Of a stretch of 64,000 nt of DNA, positions 18,145 through 26,419 are shown one piece after another. The stretch lies in NCBI GenBank assembly GCA_035400585.1, contig DAOMZR010000001.1:191347-255346 (forward strand), given 5' to 3'. How positions within the stretch are numbered: position 1 is the stretch's first letter; the number at the start of each line of letters is the position of its first letter. The translations under genes were made by a program, and so were the position numbers. The notes below the pieces were generated by a model. It was not told where the DNA came from. It did not search any database and worked only from the letters and a program-made list of their open reading frames with translations. This stretch comes from a bacterium. GTDB taxonomy: Bacteria > Patescibacteriota > Patescibacteriia > Patescibacteriales > UBA12465.

Positions 18145-19044
18145 ATGGATAGTTTTAAAATCAGTTTAATTTTTGCCTTTTTGGCTATGATTTTTTGGGG
18201 TGTTGGAGATTTTTTAATTCAAAAAACAATTAAGAAAATTGGAGAATTCCAAACTTTATTATTTATTAATCTATTCGCCGGATTAGCACTAATCCCCTTT
18301 GTTTTAAAAGATTTCCCCTTAATTTTTGATTGGCCCAATATTCTGCTATTAATCATAATGACCATAATTGACTTGCTTTATAGTATTTTTTTATTTAAAG
18401 CTTACAACAAGGGAAAATTGTCGGTAATAGAAATTGCTTTAATAGGAGAACTTCCTTTAACAATATTTTTGGGATTAATTTTTTTTGGAGAAAAATTAAG
18501 CTTTATCGAAACTTTTTTAGTTTTACTTATAATCTTGGGAGTATTTTTAATATCCAAAAGTAAAAAAAATTGGAAAGAAAAAATTAAAGAATATTTTTTG
18601 GGGAGAAAATTTGTTTGGGAAAAAGGAATTCTTTTTGTGTTTGTAGCTATTATATTTAGTTCTTTTTATAATTTATTAGTAGCTTTTAATGCAAGGACTA
18701 TCTCAGCTTTTACTTCTATTTGGTTTCCATGGACTCTAAGTTCGATCTTTTTATTAATTTATATTATTTACAAAAAAGGGCTTAAATCTTCTTGTAAAAA
18801 TATTATTAATTATAAAAAATTAATTTTCTTTACTGCTTTAATTGATACCGCTGCCTGGATTTTTTATGCTCTAGCTACACAAAAAGAAGAGCTTTCGATT
18901 ATAACGGCTATAGTTGCTGGATATGCCGTTATTGCTATGATTTTAGACATTAAAATAAACAAACAAAAAATTGGAAATTGGCAATATTTAGGTGCTTTTT
19001 TTGTGTTTGTTGGTGTTATTATTATTAGTTTTATTACTAACTGA
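18145..19044 (+). CDS. EamA/DMT-superfamily transporter (10 TM)
   Basis: Polytopic hydrophobic protein of 299 aa with two EamA-like halves, e.g. 'FLAMIFWGVGDFLIQK'. Confidence 0.7.
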   Translation: MDSFKISLIFAFLAMIFWGVGDFLIQKTIKKIGEFQTLLFINLFAGLALIPFVLKDFPLIFDWPNILLLIIMTIIDLLYSIFLFKAYNKGKLSVIEIALIGELPLTIFLGLIFFGEKLSFIETFLVLLIILGVFLISKSKKNWKEKIKEYFLGRKFVWEKGILFVFVAIIFSSFYNLLVAFNARTISAFTSIWFPWTLSSIFLLIYIIYKKGLKSSCKNIINYKKLIFFTALIDTAAWIFYALATQKEELSIITAIVAGYAVIAMILDIKINKQKIGNWQYLGAFFVFVGVIIISFITN

Positions 19045-19065
19045 TACCCCCCCCTTCGCTCGCAT

Positions 19066-19092
19066 CAAAAAACACCCGAAAGGGTGTTTTTT
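19066..19092. terminator. Bidirectional rho-independent terminator
   Basis: 'aaaaaacaccc-gaaa-gggtgtttttt': 6-bp GC-rich stem, GAAA loop, A-run upstream and T-run downstream. It follows the EamA stop and a C8 tract (19047-19054). Confidence 0.75.
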
Positions 19093-19272
19093 CTCGCTCG
19101 CTCGGGGACTAGGATTCGGTCACGGTCGCTAAACCTCTTTCTCTCGCTACGCTCAATCACTCGCTAAGCGCCCCGACCCGGCCTCGCCTGTGCTCATTTC
19201 ATTCGCACATGGCTCCGGCTTTCTCATCCTAGACACGAAGTGCGCAGGCACTTCGCTTCCCCTCACTCATTC
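19093..19272. ncRNA. Unclassified GC-rich structured element with a tRNA-like 3' end (candidate ncRNA; orientation uncertain, minus strand favoured)
   Basis: About 59% G+C by hand count, against ~25-35% in the flanks, with no ORF. Minus-strand helices: GGGGA/UCCCC, CUAGGAU/AUCCUAG, hairpin CGAAGUGC-CUGC-GCACUUCG (19236-19255), CCGG-A-GCC-A-UGUGC...GCACA-GGC-GAGG-CCGG and GGUCG/CGACC. The 3' end, 'CGAAUCCUAGUCCCCGAG', equals the tRNA-Gln T-loop/acceptor 3' strand. Confidence 0.35.
19098..19118. repeat. 21-bp exact direct repeat, copy 1 (duplicate of the tRNA-Gln 3' end)
   Basis: 'tcgctcggggactaggattcg' is identical to 19305-19325. Confidence 0.9.
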
Positions 19273-19301
19273 AAAAAATCCAGCTTACGCTGGATTTTTT
19301 T
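19273..19301. terminator. Bidirectional rho-independent terminator immediately downstream of tRNA-Gln
   Basis: 'aaaaaatccagc-ttac-gctggattttttt'. Confidence 0.75.
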
Positions 19302-19304
19302 CAT

Positions 19305-19325
19305 TCGCTCGGGGACTAGGATTCG
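19305..19325. repeat. 21-bp exact direct repeat, copy 2 (overlaps the genuine tRNA-Gln 3' end)
   Basis: 'tcgctcggggactaggattcg' is identical to 19098-19118. Confidence 0.9.
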
Positions 19326-19378
19326 AACCCAGATAAACAGGACCAGAACCTGTTGTCCTACCATTAGACGATCCCCGA
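19308..19378 (-). tRNA. tRNA-Gln (anticodon CUG), 71 nt, CCA not encoded
   Basis: Hand-folded cloverleaf: acceptor UCGGGGA/UCCCCGA (the U1-A72 pair is typical of bacterial tRNA-Gln) and a D arm GUC..GAC. The anticodon arm is ACAGG-UUCUGGU-CCUGU. The T arm is CUGGG-UUCGAAU-CCUAG, and the discriminator is G. Confidence 0.9.
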
Positions 19379-19428
19379 ATAATTTATATAAGAATTTTAT
19401 AACACTAAATTATTTTTTTTTCAAGCAA

Positions 19429-19456
19429 ATAAAAAAGCTCCTTTTTGTAGGAGCTT
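19429..19456 (-). terminator. Rho-independent terminator after the helical-repeat protein gene
   Basis: Minus strand: AAGCUCCU-ACAAAA-AGGAGCUU followed by a U-run. Confidence 0.65.
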
Positions 19457-19474
19457 GTTAATCTTGTGATTTTA

Positions 19475-20377
19475 TCAATCCGGAATTTTTTTATCATAAC
19501 CGAATCTTTCGATAAAAATATTGGTCATTTTTGACTTGTTTTTATCAGCAAAAAGGTAGAGTATGTTTAAAGCCTTGTCCTTTTCGCTGTTTTTAACCAA
19601 GTACAGAAATCTCTTTTTTAATTCTTCTTGGGTTAATTTTCGTTTTAAAATTTTTAAAACTTTCTCTATTGTAACACAAGAATCTGTTTCTATGGCCGTT
19701 TCTAAAATTAATTCCAATTCCGATCTGCTTAATTTTCTCTCTAAAAAATAAGAAATATCCTTAGCTTTGTCAAAGTCACCCTCTTTTATTGCTTCGGACA
19801 ATTTTTTATTAAGATCATTTTTAATAACCGATCTGTCCGGCAAAAATCGGAAAAATTTTAACATTAACTTGTCGCCAAAATAAGAATCAATTACCTCCCT
19901 GGCCTTTTCTTGTAAAAAACAATCCTCTTCTTCTTTCTTTTTCTTTTTTCTCTTTTCTCCGTCGGATTTTTTCGTTTCATTGTCCTTTTTTATTTCCTCA
20001 ATCCTTTGGAAAATTTTAAAAATTACTTTCAAATTAACTTTTGCTTTTAAATTGTTTTCCAAAATTCTTTTTAAATCACTTTCGGTAAACAATCTTCTTT
20101 TAAGTAAATTTTCAATCCTTTCGGCTGACAAATAGTCATTATTGTCAGAAAAAATAAAAAAATGGCCAAGAAGAAATCCAATCTCTTCTTCTTCTGGCTC
20201 TTCCCCTGTTTTTTCAAAACATTTTAGAAGCGATAAACAATCATCAGAAGAAATAAATTTCTCAATAAGAAGTCCAAGAATACTTTTGTCTTCGTCAATA
20301 TTTAGACTTAGAAGATGCAAGGCTTCGTCTATTTTTCCGTCAGATATCAACTTATCAACAACAACAGATACATCCAT
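19475..20377 (-). CDS. Hypothetical alpha-helical repeat protein with a central K/E-rich linker
   Basis: Recurrent motif '[KR][KR]L[ST]..[ED]L..IL' ('RRLFTESDLKRILENN', 'RKLSRSELELILETA', 'RKLTQEELKKRFLYL'). Linker is 'KKSDGEKRKKKKKEEED'. No known family recognised. Confidence 0.5.
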   Translation of the reverse strand: MDVSVVVDKLISDGKIDEALHLLSLNIDEDKSILGLLIEKFISSDDCLSLLKCFEKTGEEPEEEEIGFLLGHFFIFSDNNDYLSAERIENLLKRRLFTESDLKRILENNLKAKVNLKVIFKIFQRIEEIKKDNETKKSDGEKRKKKKKEEEDCFLQEKAREVIDSYFGDKLMLKFFRFLPDRSVIKNDLNKKLSEAIKEGDFDKAKDISYFLERKLSRSELELILETAIETDSCVTIEKVLKILKRKLTQEELKKRFLYLVKNSEKDKALNILYLFADKNKSKMTNIFIERFGYDKKIPD

Positions 20378-20402
20378 GTGTTTTATATTTTAAGGTTCAT
20401 AA

Positions 20403-20436
20403 TAAAAAAATCCTTTTATTATAAAAGGATTTTTTA
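20403..20436 (-). terminator. Rho-independent terminator after lysS
   Basis: 'aaatcctttta-tta-taaaaggattt' with flanking A/T runs. Confidence 0.6.
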
Positions 20437-20464
20437 AAAAAGTCAATATTAAACTATTATAATT

Positions 20465-21937
20465 CTATAATTCTGCCTTTGGCTTCATTAAAGGAAAAAG
20501 TGTTATTTCTCTAACCGGCTTATCATTTAAGAAAGCAAACAATCTTTCGCCAAAACCAAAGCCACATGTTGGTGGCATACCGTGTTCAAGCATCTCTACA
20601 AATTCCCAATCGGGCATCATTGCTTCTTCATCGCCTCTGTCAATCAATGATTGTTGTTCTTCAAATCTTTTTCTCTGTTCAACTGGATTGTTCAGCTCGC
20701 TATAACCATTGCCAACCTCACTACCAGCTATAATTATTTGAAACCTTTCTGTTAACTCGGGGTTGTCTTCTTTGGATTTAGCCAAAGGAGAGACTAATTT
20801 TGGATGATTTATTAAAAATGCTGGCCCAGCAATATTTTTTCGACAATATTTCCACAAAGTATCCATTAATCTTTCTCTTGTTTTGCCATCATATTTAACT
20901 TTTAACTCTTGTAATTTAGAAGACATTTCATCTTCACTGGCTGTTAAAACATCTATTTTTGTTTGTTTTAATATTTCATTTCTGTAATCTATTTCTGGCC
21001 AATCATTAGCTAAGTCATATTCATAGCCTTTTGTTTTGAATTTTGTTGTACCAAAAACTTGTACAGCTATTTCTCTGTATAATTCTTGTGATATTTTCAT
21101 TCCATCACTATAATTAGCATATGCCCAGTAAAATTCCATATTAGTGAATTCCTGCAAATGATCAGGACTACTGCCTTCATTTCTAAAGACCTTACCAATT
21201 TCAAATGTTTTCTCAAAACCAGCTGCCATTAGTCTTTTTTGCCATAATTCACCCACTGATATTCTTAAATAAACATCCAAATCAAAATCATTATGATGGG
21301 TTTTAAAGGGCCTAGCTTCGGCTCCACCAGTAGTTGTTTCTAAAACAGGAGTTTCTACCTCAAAAAAGCCTTTTTTTATCATAAAATCGCGTGTAACCTG
21401 CCAAAATTTTGATTTTTTAATAAACATTTCCCTTAAATCATCATTAGTAAGCAAATCAAGATATCTTTTTCTTAATCTTTCTTCTTCATCCTTTAAACCG
21501 TGCCATTTTTCCGGTAGTGGCAGTAAAGCCTTGCTTAAAACCTTATATTTTTTAACCAATACGCTATTTTCTCCTTTGTGGGTAATAAAACAAGTTCCAT
21601 CAACCTCCAAAAAGTCAGCCATATCGATTAATTTCACAAAAGATTTATAATCTTCCCCTAATTCATTTTTAGAGAAGGCTAATTGAATTTCACCAGAAGC
21701 GTCCTTCAGATTAGCAAAGCTCAAATTTCCATGAGTTCTTAAGCCAATTATTCTTCCAGCTAAAATAATATTTTCTTTTTTTGACTCTAAGTTTGTAAAA
21801 TCAGATAAAACACCAGCTACACTGTGAGTTCTGGAAGTTTTACTAGGATAAGGATTGTTATTTTCTGAAATCTTATTCAGCTTTGATTCCCTTTCCATTC
21901 TTTCATTATTTGGATTGGAAATTGTTTTATTTTCCAT
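20465..21937 (-). CDS. lysS: Lysyl-tRNA synthetase, class II
   Basis: OB-fold N-terminal domain ('ILAGRIIGLRTHGNLSFANLKDASGEIQL'). Class II motifs include 'FRNEGSSPDHLQEFTNMEFY' and 'GFGFGERLFAFL'. Confidence 0.95.
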   Translation of the reverse strand: MENKTISNPNNERMERESKLNKISENNNPYPSKTSRTHSVAGVLSDFTNLESKKENIILAGRIIGLRTHGNLSFANLKDASGEIQLAFSKNELGEDYKSFVKLIDMADFLEVDGTCFITHKGENSVLVKKYKVLSKALLPLPEKWHGLKDEEERLRKRYLDLLTNDDLREMFIKKSKFWQVTRDFMIKKGFFEVETPVLETTTGGAEARPFKTHHNDFDLDVYLRISVGELWQKRLMAAGFEKTFEIGKVFRNEGSSPDHLQEFTNMEFYWAYANYSDGMKISQELYREIAVQVFGTTKFKTKGYEYDLANDWPEIDYRNEILKQTKIDVLTASEDEMSSKLQELKVKYDGKTRERLMDTLWKYCRKNIAGPAFLINHPKLVSPLAKSKEDNPELTERFQIIIAGSEVGNGYSELNNPVEQRKRFEEQQSLIDRGDEEAMMPDWEFVEMLEHGMPPTCGFGFGERLFAFLNDKPVREITLFPLMKPKAEL

Positions 21938-21938
21938 A

Positions 21939-22400
21939 TTATTTTACATCAAGAATTTTATATTTAAATTCGCCTCTTGGTGTTTCCACCACAACTTCAT
22001 CTCCTTTTTTCTTTCCTAAAAAAGCCATGCCAATTGGCGATTCATTTGATATTTTACCGTTTAAAGGATCGGCTTCATTAAAACTAACAATAATAAACTC
22101 TTTTTCTTTTTTATCGCAGGAAACTTTAATATGAGATCCCATGTCAATTTTACCACCGCTAGATTTAATTGACTCAACTACAGTTACATTTTTTAAAATG
22201 TTAGTTAATTCCAAAATTCTTCCTTCATTTAAAGCCTGAGCATCTTTGGCCTCGCTGTATTCAGCGTTTTCACTCAAATCACCCAATTCCTTAGCTCTTT
22301 CAATCCTTTCGGCTATTTCCTTTCTTCTGGTTGTGCTAAGTAAGTCTAACTCCTCCTTAAGCTTGTTATAACCCTCTTGCGTTATAATTTGATTCTCCAT
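21939..22400 (-). CDS. greA: Transcription elongation factor GreA
   Basis: 'ITQEGYNKLKEELDLL', 'AKELGDLSENAEYSEAKDAQ' and a C-terminal FKBP-like domain 'ISNESPIGMAFLGKKKGDEV'. Confidence 0.9.
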   Translation of the reverse strand: MENQIITQEGYNKLKEELDLLSTTRRKEIAERIERAKELGDLSENAEYSEAKDAQALNEGRILELTNILKNVTVVESIKSSGGKIDMGSHIKVSCDKKEKEFIIVSFNEADPLNGKISNESPIGMAFLGKKKGDEVVVETPRGEFKYKILDVK

Positions 22401-22469
22401 ATTTTTTTAAAATTGTTTAAAAATAAGCTTTTAAAATATATCAATTTTTTAAGAATAATGCAAATAAAG

Positions 22470-23090
22470 CTACAAAAACAAGGTAATTAAATAAATTATA
22501 AATAAATGCACCGGATAAAAGGAGTATTGTAAATATCTGTTTATTTTAAAATCTAAATGTTTGAAATAATAAATTATAAAAAAAGATGGAATAGCAAAAA
22601 TTTGCAATACAGAAGTGGGTAAAAACAAAACTCTGACTATTGTTAAAACAGACTGAGCTGGAATTAATAAAATGTTATTTTTAAAAACATGAAAAAATAG
22701 TATCATTACAACTCCATAAAGACCGTAATCAATAGAAACAAAAAAAGGAATCAGAAAAACCAATATTAGCAAAAAATAACTTAAATATTTATTCTTTAAA
22801 CAATTTTCATAAAGACATATAGCTATCAGTCCCAAAAAAAGACTAAAACAAATATTTAAAACCTCCTTATCAATTACTAAATAAAAAAAGGGCTGAGAAA
22901 TAAAAGCCAAAAACAATAATCTCTGGCCATATTTTTTAACATCCCTTGTTCTAGAGTAACCGTTAGCTATTCCCCAGGCAAATATTGGAAAAGACAGCCT
23001 TCCAATTATCCTTAATATAATTAAATCAGGGAAAAAAACCAAACCAATATGATCAATCACCATCGCTACTATAGCTATTATTTTTAACAT
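22470..23090 (-). CDS. TraX family membrane protein (putative acyltransferase-like)
   Basis: N-terminus 'MLKIIAIVAMVIDHIGLVFF' is the TraX-family signature. Polytopic, 206 aa. Confidence 0.6.
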   Translation of the reverse strand: MLKIIAIVAMVIDHIGLVFFPDLIILRIIGRLSFPIFAWGIANGYSRTRDVKKYGQRLLFLAFISQPFFYLVIDKEVLNICFSLFLGLIAICLYENCLKNKYLSYFLLILVFLIPFFVSIDYGLYGVVMILFFHVFKNNILLIPAQSVLTIVRVLFLPTSVLQIFAIPSFFIIYYFKHLDFKINRYLQYSFYPVHLFIIYLITLFL

Positions 23091-23093
23091 AAA

Positions 23094-24611
23094 TTATTTT
23101 GTGTCTTGTTGTAATTTATTTAGATAATCAAAAAATAAAATTAACAAAATCAAAAAAGATATCCCCAGAGGATGATTAAGATAAGGTGTAAAAAAATTAA
23201 CGGCACTCAGGCCTAGTATAGACAGAAATATTGATAAATAAAAATAATTATTTTTATTAAAATATGACAATAGGGTTTTTTTAGAAAACAAGAAAATTAA
23301 CCACAAATAAACTGAAAAACCAACTATTCCCATCTTTAATAATATATCCAACCAACCCCATTCAAAGGCATAGGTTGAATATTTACCATCTGGGCTACTT
23401 TGCAAAACCCTTGGATCACTAGATATATATTCTATTCTAGCACCAAAACCTCTTCCCAATAAAAAATTAGATTGAATATCATTTTTCATAGAATCAAGTA
23501 ATGCCCAACGAGATGATATTGCTGATTCATTAGAAGTAACGTTTGCTCGATCAGAAAGTGACTCTATGTTAAAAGTTCCCCCTGGTTTTGGCCAAGGAAA
23601 TTTAACAGTAATAAATATTAATAAAACAGAAAAAACCAACGACAAAAAACCATAGAAAATAGTTTTCAAACTCGTTTTAAAATCAAATTTATACCAAACA
23701 ATCAAAAGTAAAGATAAAAAAACCAAAACTAATCCAACCCAAAAACTTCTCGAAAAACTCAAAACAATAACAGACAAAAACAAAGAAGAAATTAAAAATA
23801 AAGAAACTTTTTTTCCTTTTCCCTTTTCAAATAAAAACAAAACAAAACTAAAACAAAAGCCCAGAAAAAGAAAAATTTGATTTTGAAAAAAAACACGATA
23901 AAAGCCATTGCCCATGTTAGTAATCTCACCCAAGGCATACACTCTGGTCCAAGAATAAAGATCGGAAATAATTGGCCTTAAATCATGTGAAAACAAAAAT
24001 AAGAATAATAAAGATTTAAATAAGGTATACAAACTGATTGAAAAGAATATTAAAATTAAATTTTTCCAAAAGATTTCTTTTTCTTCTTTGTTTAATTGAT
24101 AAATAGTATAGAAAATTGGCAATATTGCTATAAAATAAAACCAGGAATTAAAATCAAAAAAAGAATCGGAAAAACCATTTCTCACTAAACCAAAAGCAAA
24201 AGAAAACAAAAGAAAAAAAGATAAATATAAAAGATTCCTGCCAAAAACTAAGTTTTTAAATATACCCAAAACCTTTTTTCTGTCTTTAAAAAAATCAATT
24301 AACAATTTAGTTAAGAAAATGGCCATCAAAAGTAACCACAAAGATATTCTTAAAGAGATTTTAAAACCAGAATTCTCAAAATAAAATAAATAACCCATTG
24401 AATTTAAGAAAACTTCGGCCAAAAACAAATAGATGCTTAATTTAAAGTCATAAAAACTAATAAACAAAAAAGACAAAAGTATTAAAAAGAAAAAAATATA
24501 ATTTATAATTTCAAAATTAAAAGAGATAAATGATATCATCTCAATCAAAAGAGAAAACAAAAATATAAAAAATATTTTATTTTTATTATTATTTAGAGCA
24601 AAATTAAACAT
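23094..24611 (-). CDS. O-antigen ligase/polymerase-like (Wzy_C-type) polytopic membrane protein
   Basis: More than 10 TM helices. A periplasmic-loop region with 'SRSFWVGL' has a Wzy_C-like context. Lies inside the glycosyltransferase cluster. Confidence 0.55.
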   Translation of the reverse strand: MFNFALNNNKNKIFFIFLFSLLIEMISFISFNFEIINYIFFFLILLSFLFISFYDFKLSIYLFLAEVFLNSMGYLFYFENSGFKISLRISLWLLLMAIFLTKLLIDFFKDRKKVLGIFKNLVFGRNLLYLSFFLLFSFAFGLVRNGFSDSFFDFNSWFYFIAILPIFYTIYQLNKEEKEIFWKNLILIFFSISLYTLFKSLLFLFLFSHDLRPIISDLYSWTRVYALGEITNMGNGFYRVFFQNQIFLFLGFCFSFVLFLFEKGKGKKVSLFLISSLFLSVIVLSFSRSFWVGLVLVFLSLLLIVWYKFDFKTSLKTIFYGFLSLVFSVLLIFITVKFPWPKPGGTFNIESLSDRANVTSNESAISSRWALLDSMKNDIQSNFLLGRGFGARIEYISSDPRVLQSSPDGKYSTYAFEWGWLDILLKMGIVGFSVYLWLIFLFSKKTLLSYFNKNNYFYLSIFLSILGLSAVNFFTPYLNHPLGISFLILLILFFDYLNKLQQDTK

Positions 24612-24612
24612 T

Positions 24613-25308
24613 TTAATTCAAATTATGTTTATCTTTTATTATTTTTAAAGCTCGATTATATTTTTTAACTGATGGTAAAAAAGGAAAAGCTTTGTAGGCA
24701 AAAGCTGGCAACCAGGACGATATAGTTCCGCCTGGCTTTATTTTAAATAAAGCTTCGTCTATAAAAAAACCTTGATGTCCATTTTCTAGCATAGTCAACC
24801 ACAAATCCCAGTCTTGTAATTTTTTAACACTTTCATCCCAGCCAGGAAAAGCATTCCTTCTAATAAGCGACATTGTATGAATATATGGCATTTTTTGTAG
24901 TTTTTCGGCATCAAATGGCCAAAGTTTAAACAACTTTTTTCCCCAATAAAAAGAAGAATAAGTATAAGCAACCTCTTGGTTGGATTCTAAAACTTGAACC
25001 ATTTTTTCTAAGGTATCATTCTTTAAAACGGCATCGGCATCACAAAAAAATAAATACTCACCACGAGATTCTTTAAATCCCTTATTTCGAGCAGCTGGTG
25101 CCCCTTTGTTTTCTTGATTAATAAAATAATAATTATTTTCCACCTTAAAACTTTCCAAAAATTTTTCAAAGACAGAACGAGTATTATCTCTTGAGCCATC
25201 ATTAACTATTATAACCTCAAAATCACGATAAGTTTGAGATTCAATACTTTTTACAGTATTAATAATTGTTTTTTCACCATTATAAACAGGAATAATTATT
25301 GATATCAT
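24613..25308 (-). CDS. Glycosyltransferase family 2
   Basis: 'ISIIIPVYNGEKTI', 'VIIVNDGSRDNT' and 'FFCDADAV' (DxD). Confidence 0.85.
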   Translation of the reverse strand: MISIIIPVYNGEKTIINTVKSIESQTYRDFEVIIVNDGSRDNTRSVFEKFLESFKVENNYYFINQENKGAPAARNKGFKESRGEYLFFCDADAVLKNDTLEKMVQVLESNQEVAYTYSSFYWGKKLFKLWPFDAEKLQKMPYIHTMSLIRRNAFPGWDESVKKLQDWDLWLTMLENGHQGFFIDEALFKIKPGGTISSWLPAFAYKAFPFLPSVKKYNRALKIIKDKHNLN

Positions 25309-25315
25309 TTTATTT

Positions 25316-26416
25316 TTACTTTAAAAAATTATAAATCTTTTCTACTTGATTTTTCCAAACAAAATTAGCAAGAGTTCTTTTTTTACCGTTTTCGCCCAAT
25401 CTATTACATAAATCTGGATCATTTAATAACTTTAGTATTGCCTGCGAAATTTCTTCTTCTGATTCAGGGTCAACCATTAGACCACTAATACTGTCAGCCA
25501 CAGCATCTGTGATTCCGCCACTTTTGCCAGCAATCACTGGTTTTGAAAGCAAACTAGCCTCCAAAAAAACTATTCCAAAACCCTCAAAATCGCCAGCAAC
25601 ATTTCTGGCTGGCATAATAAAAATATCAGATAAAGATAAAAAAGTCCATTTCTCTTCTTCACTTATTTCACCAACAAAAATTATTTTTTCAGAAAAATTA
25701 TCACCAAAAATATTTTTAGCTATTTTTTTTAAATACTCTTCATCTGGACCATTGCCAGCAATAATATATTTAAGATCTTCATCAAATAAAGGGCTGGAAT
25801 CAAAAACTTTTTTTAAAGATAAAATTGTATAATCAAAACCCTTCCTTTTGACTAATCTTCCCAAACTAAAAAGTATTTTCTTGTTGGATAAATTATATTT
25901 GGAAATCAATTCCTCTTTTTTTTGTTCATTATTAAAATTAAAATTATTTACTCCGGGATTAACAATAATTAATTTTGATCTATCCTGATTATAAATATTA
26001 ATTAGCATTTCACAAACAAAAGAATTAGCACAAATTATTTTACTAGATCTATTAATAATCATTTTGCTTAGAAATTTTTTCCAAATGTTTTTAGAACAAA
26101 AAGAAAGATCCATTCCATGGAAAAAAATAGAATATTTTATCTTTAGAAAAAAAGATAAAATAAAAACTACAGTTCCCAGCGGTAAAATTTGTCCAACCAA
26201 AATATTATCTATTTTATTTTTTTTAACTTCTTTAAAAACGACCTTAATAGCTGGTAACCACTTCAAAAAACCATTTTTTCTAATCAATCTATTGTGGTTA
26301 TTATCTATAACCGTTATTTCCGAGGATTTTGGCCAATGATAAATCATGTTGGTGTAATAATTAGCCACACCACCCTTGAAAGGAAAATATTCTGTTGTTA
26401 CCAATAAAAATTTCAT
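25316..26416 (-). CDS. Glycosyltransferase family 4 (GT-B, Glycos_transf_1)
   Basis: 'GRLVKRKGFD', 'GFGIVFLEASLLSKPVIAGKSGGITDAV' (E-x7-E region). Confidence 0.85.
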   Translation of the reverse strand: MKFLLVTTEYFPFKGGVANYYTNMIYHWPKSSEITVIDNNHNRLIRKNGFLKWLPAIKVVFKEVKKNKIDNILVGQILPLGTVVFILSFFLKIKYSIFFHGMDLSFCSKNIWKKFLSKMIINRSSKIICANSFVCEMLINIYNQDRSKLIIVNPGVNNFNFNNEQKKEELISKYNLSNKKILFSLGRLVKRKGFDYTILSLKKVFDSSPLFDEDLKYIIAGNGPDEEYLKKIAKNIFGDNFSEKIIFVGEISEEEKWTFLSLSDIFIMPARNVAGDFEGFGIVFLEASLLSKPVIAGKSGGITDAVADSISGLMVDPESEEEISQAILKLLNDPDLCNRLGENGKKRTLANFVWKNQVEKIYNFLK

Positions 26417-26419
26417 AAC

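Noticed and set aside
19093-19272. I tried to identify the GC-rich element as tmRNA, RNase P RNA, SRP RNA or 6S RNA.
   Set aside because: tmRNA: at ~180 nt it is too short, has no G3:U70 acceptor pair, and has no convincing tag ORF (the best frame ends ...RLASD*). RNase P: 'GAUGAGAAAGCCGGAGCC' only loosely resembles the CR-I 'GAGGAAAGUCCGGGCUCC'. The complementary P4 3' strand is absent and the length is about half that expected. SRP: there is no GGAA-tetraloop / AGCA symmetric-loop motif. 6S: it is not a single long bubble-containing hairpin. The element is therefore left unclassified rather than named.
19240-19461. A 73-aa plus-strand ORF (MRRHFASPHSF...).
   Set aside because: It reads straight through the antisense of tRNA-Gln and the terminator hairpins. 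It starts at GTG inside the GC-rich element, and its Arg/Thr-rich composition is an artefact of the tRNA sequence.
22470-23090. The TraX-family gene as evidence of a conjugative element.
   Set aside because: No relaxase, coupling protein, T4SS or other tra genes occur in the window. The gene is embedded in a glycan biosynthesis operon.
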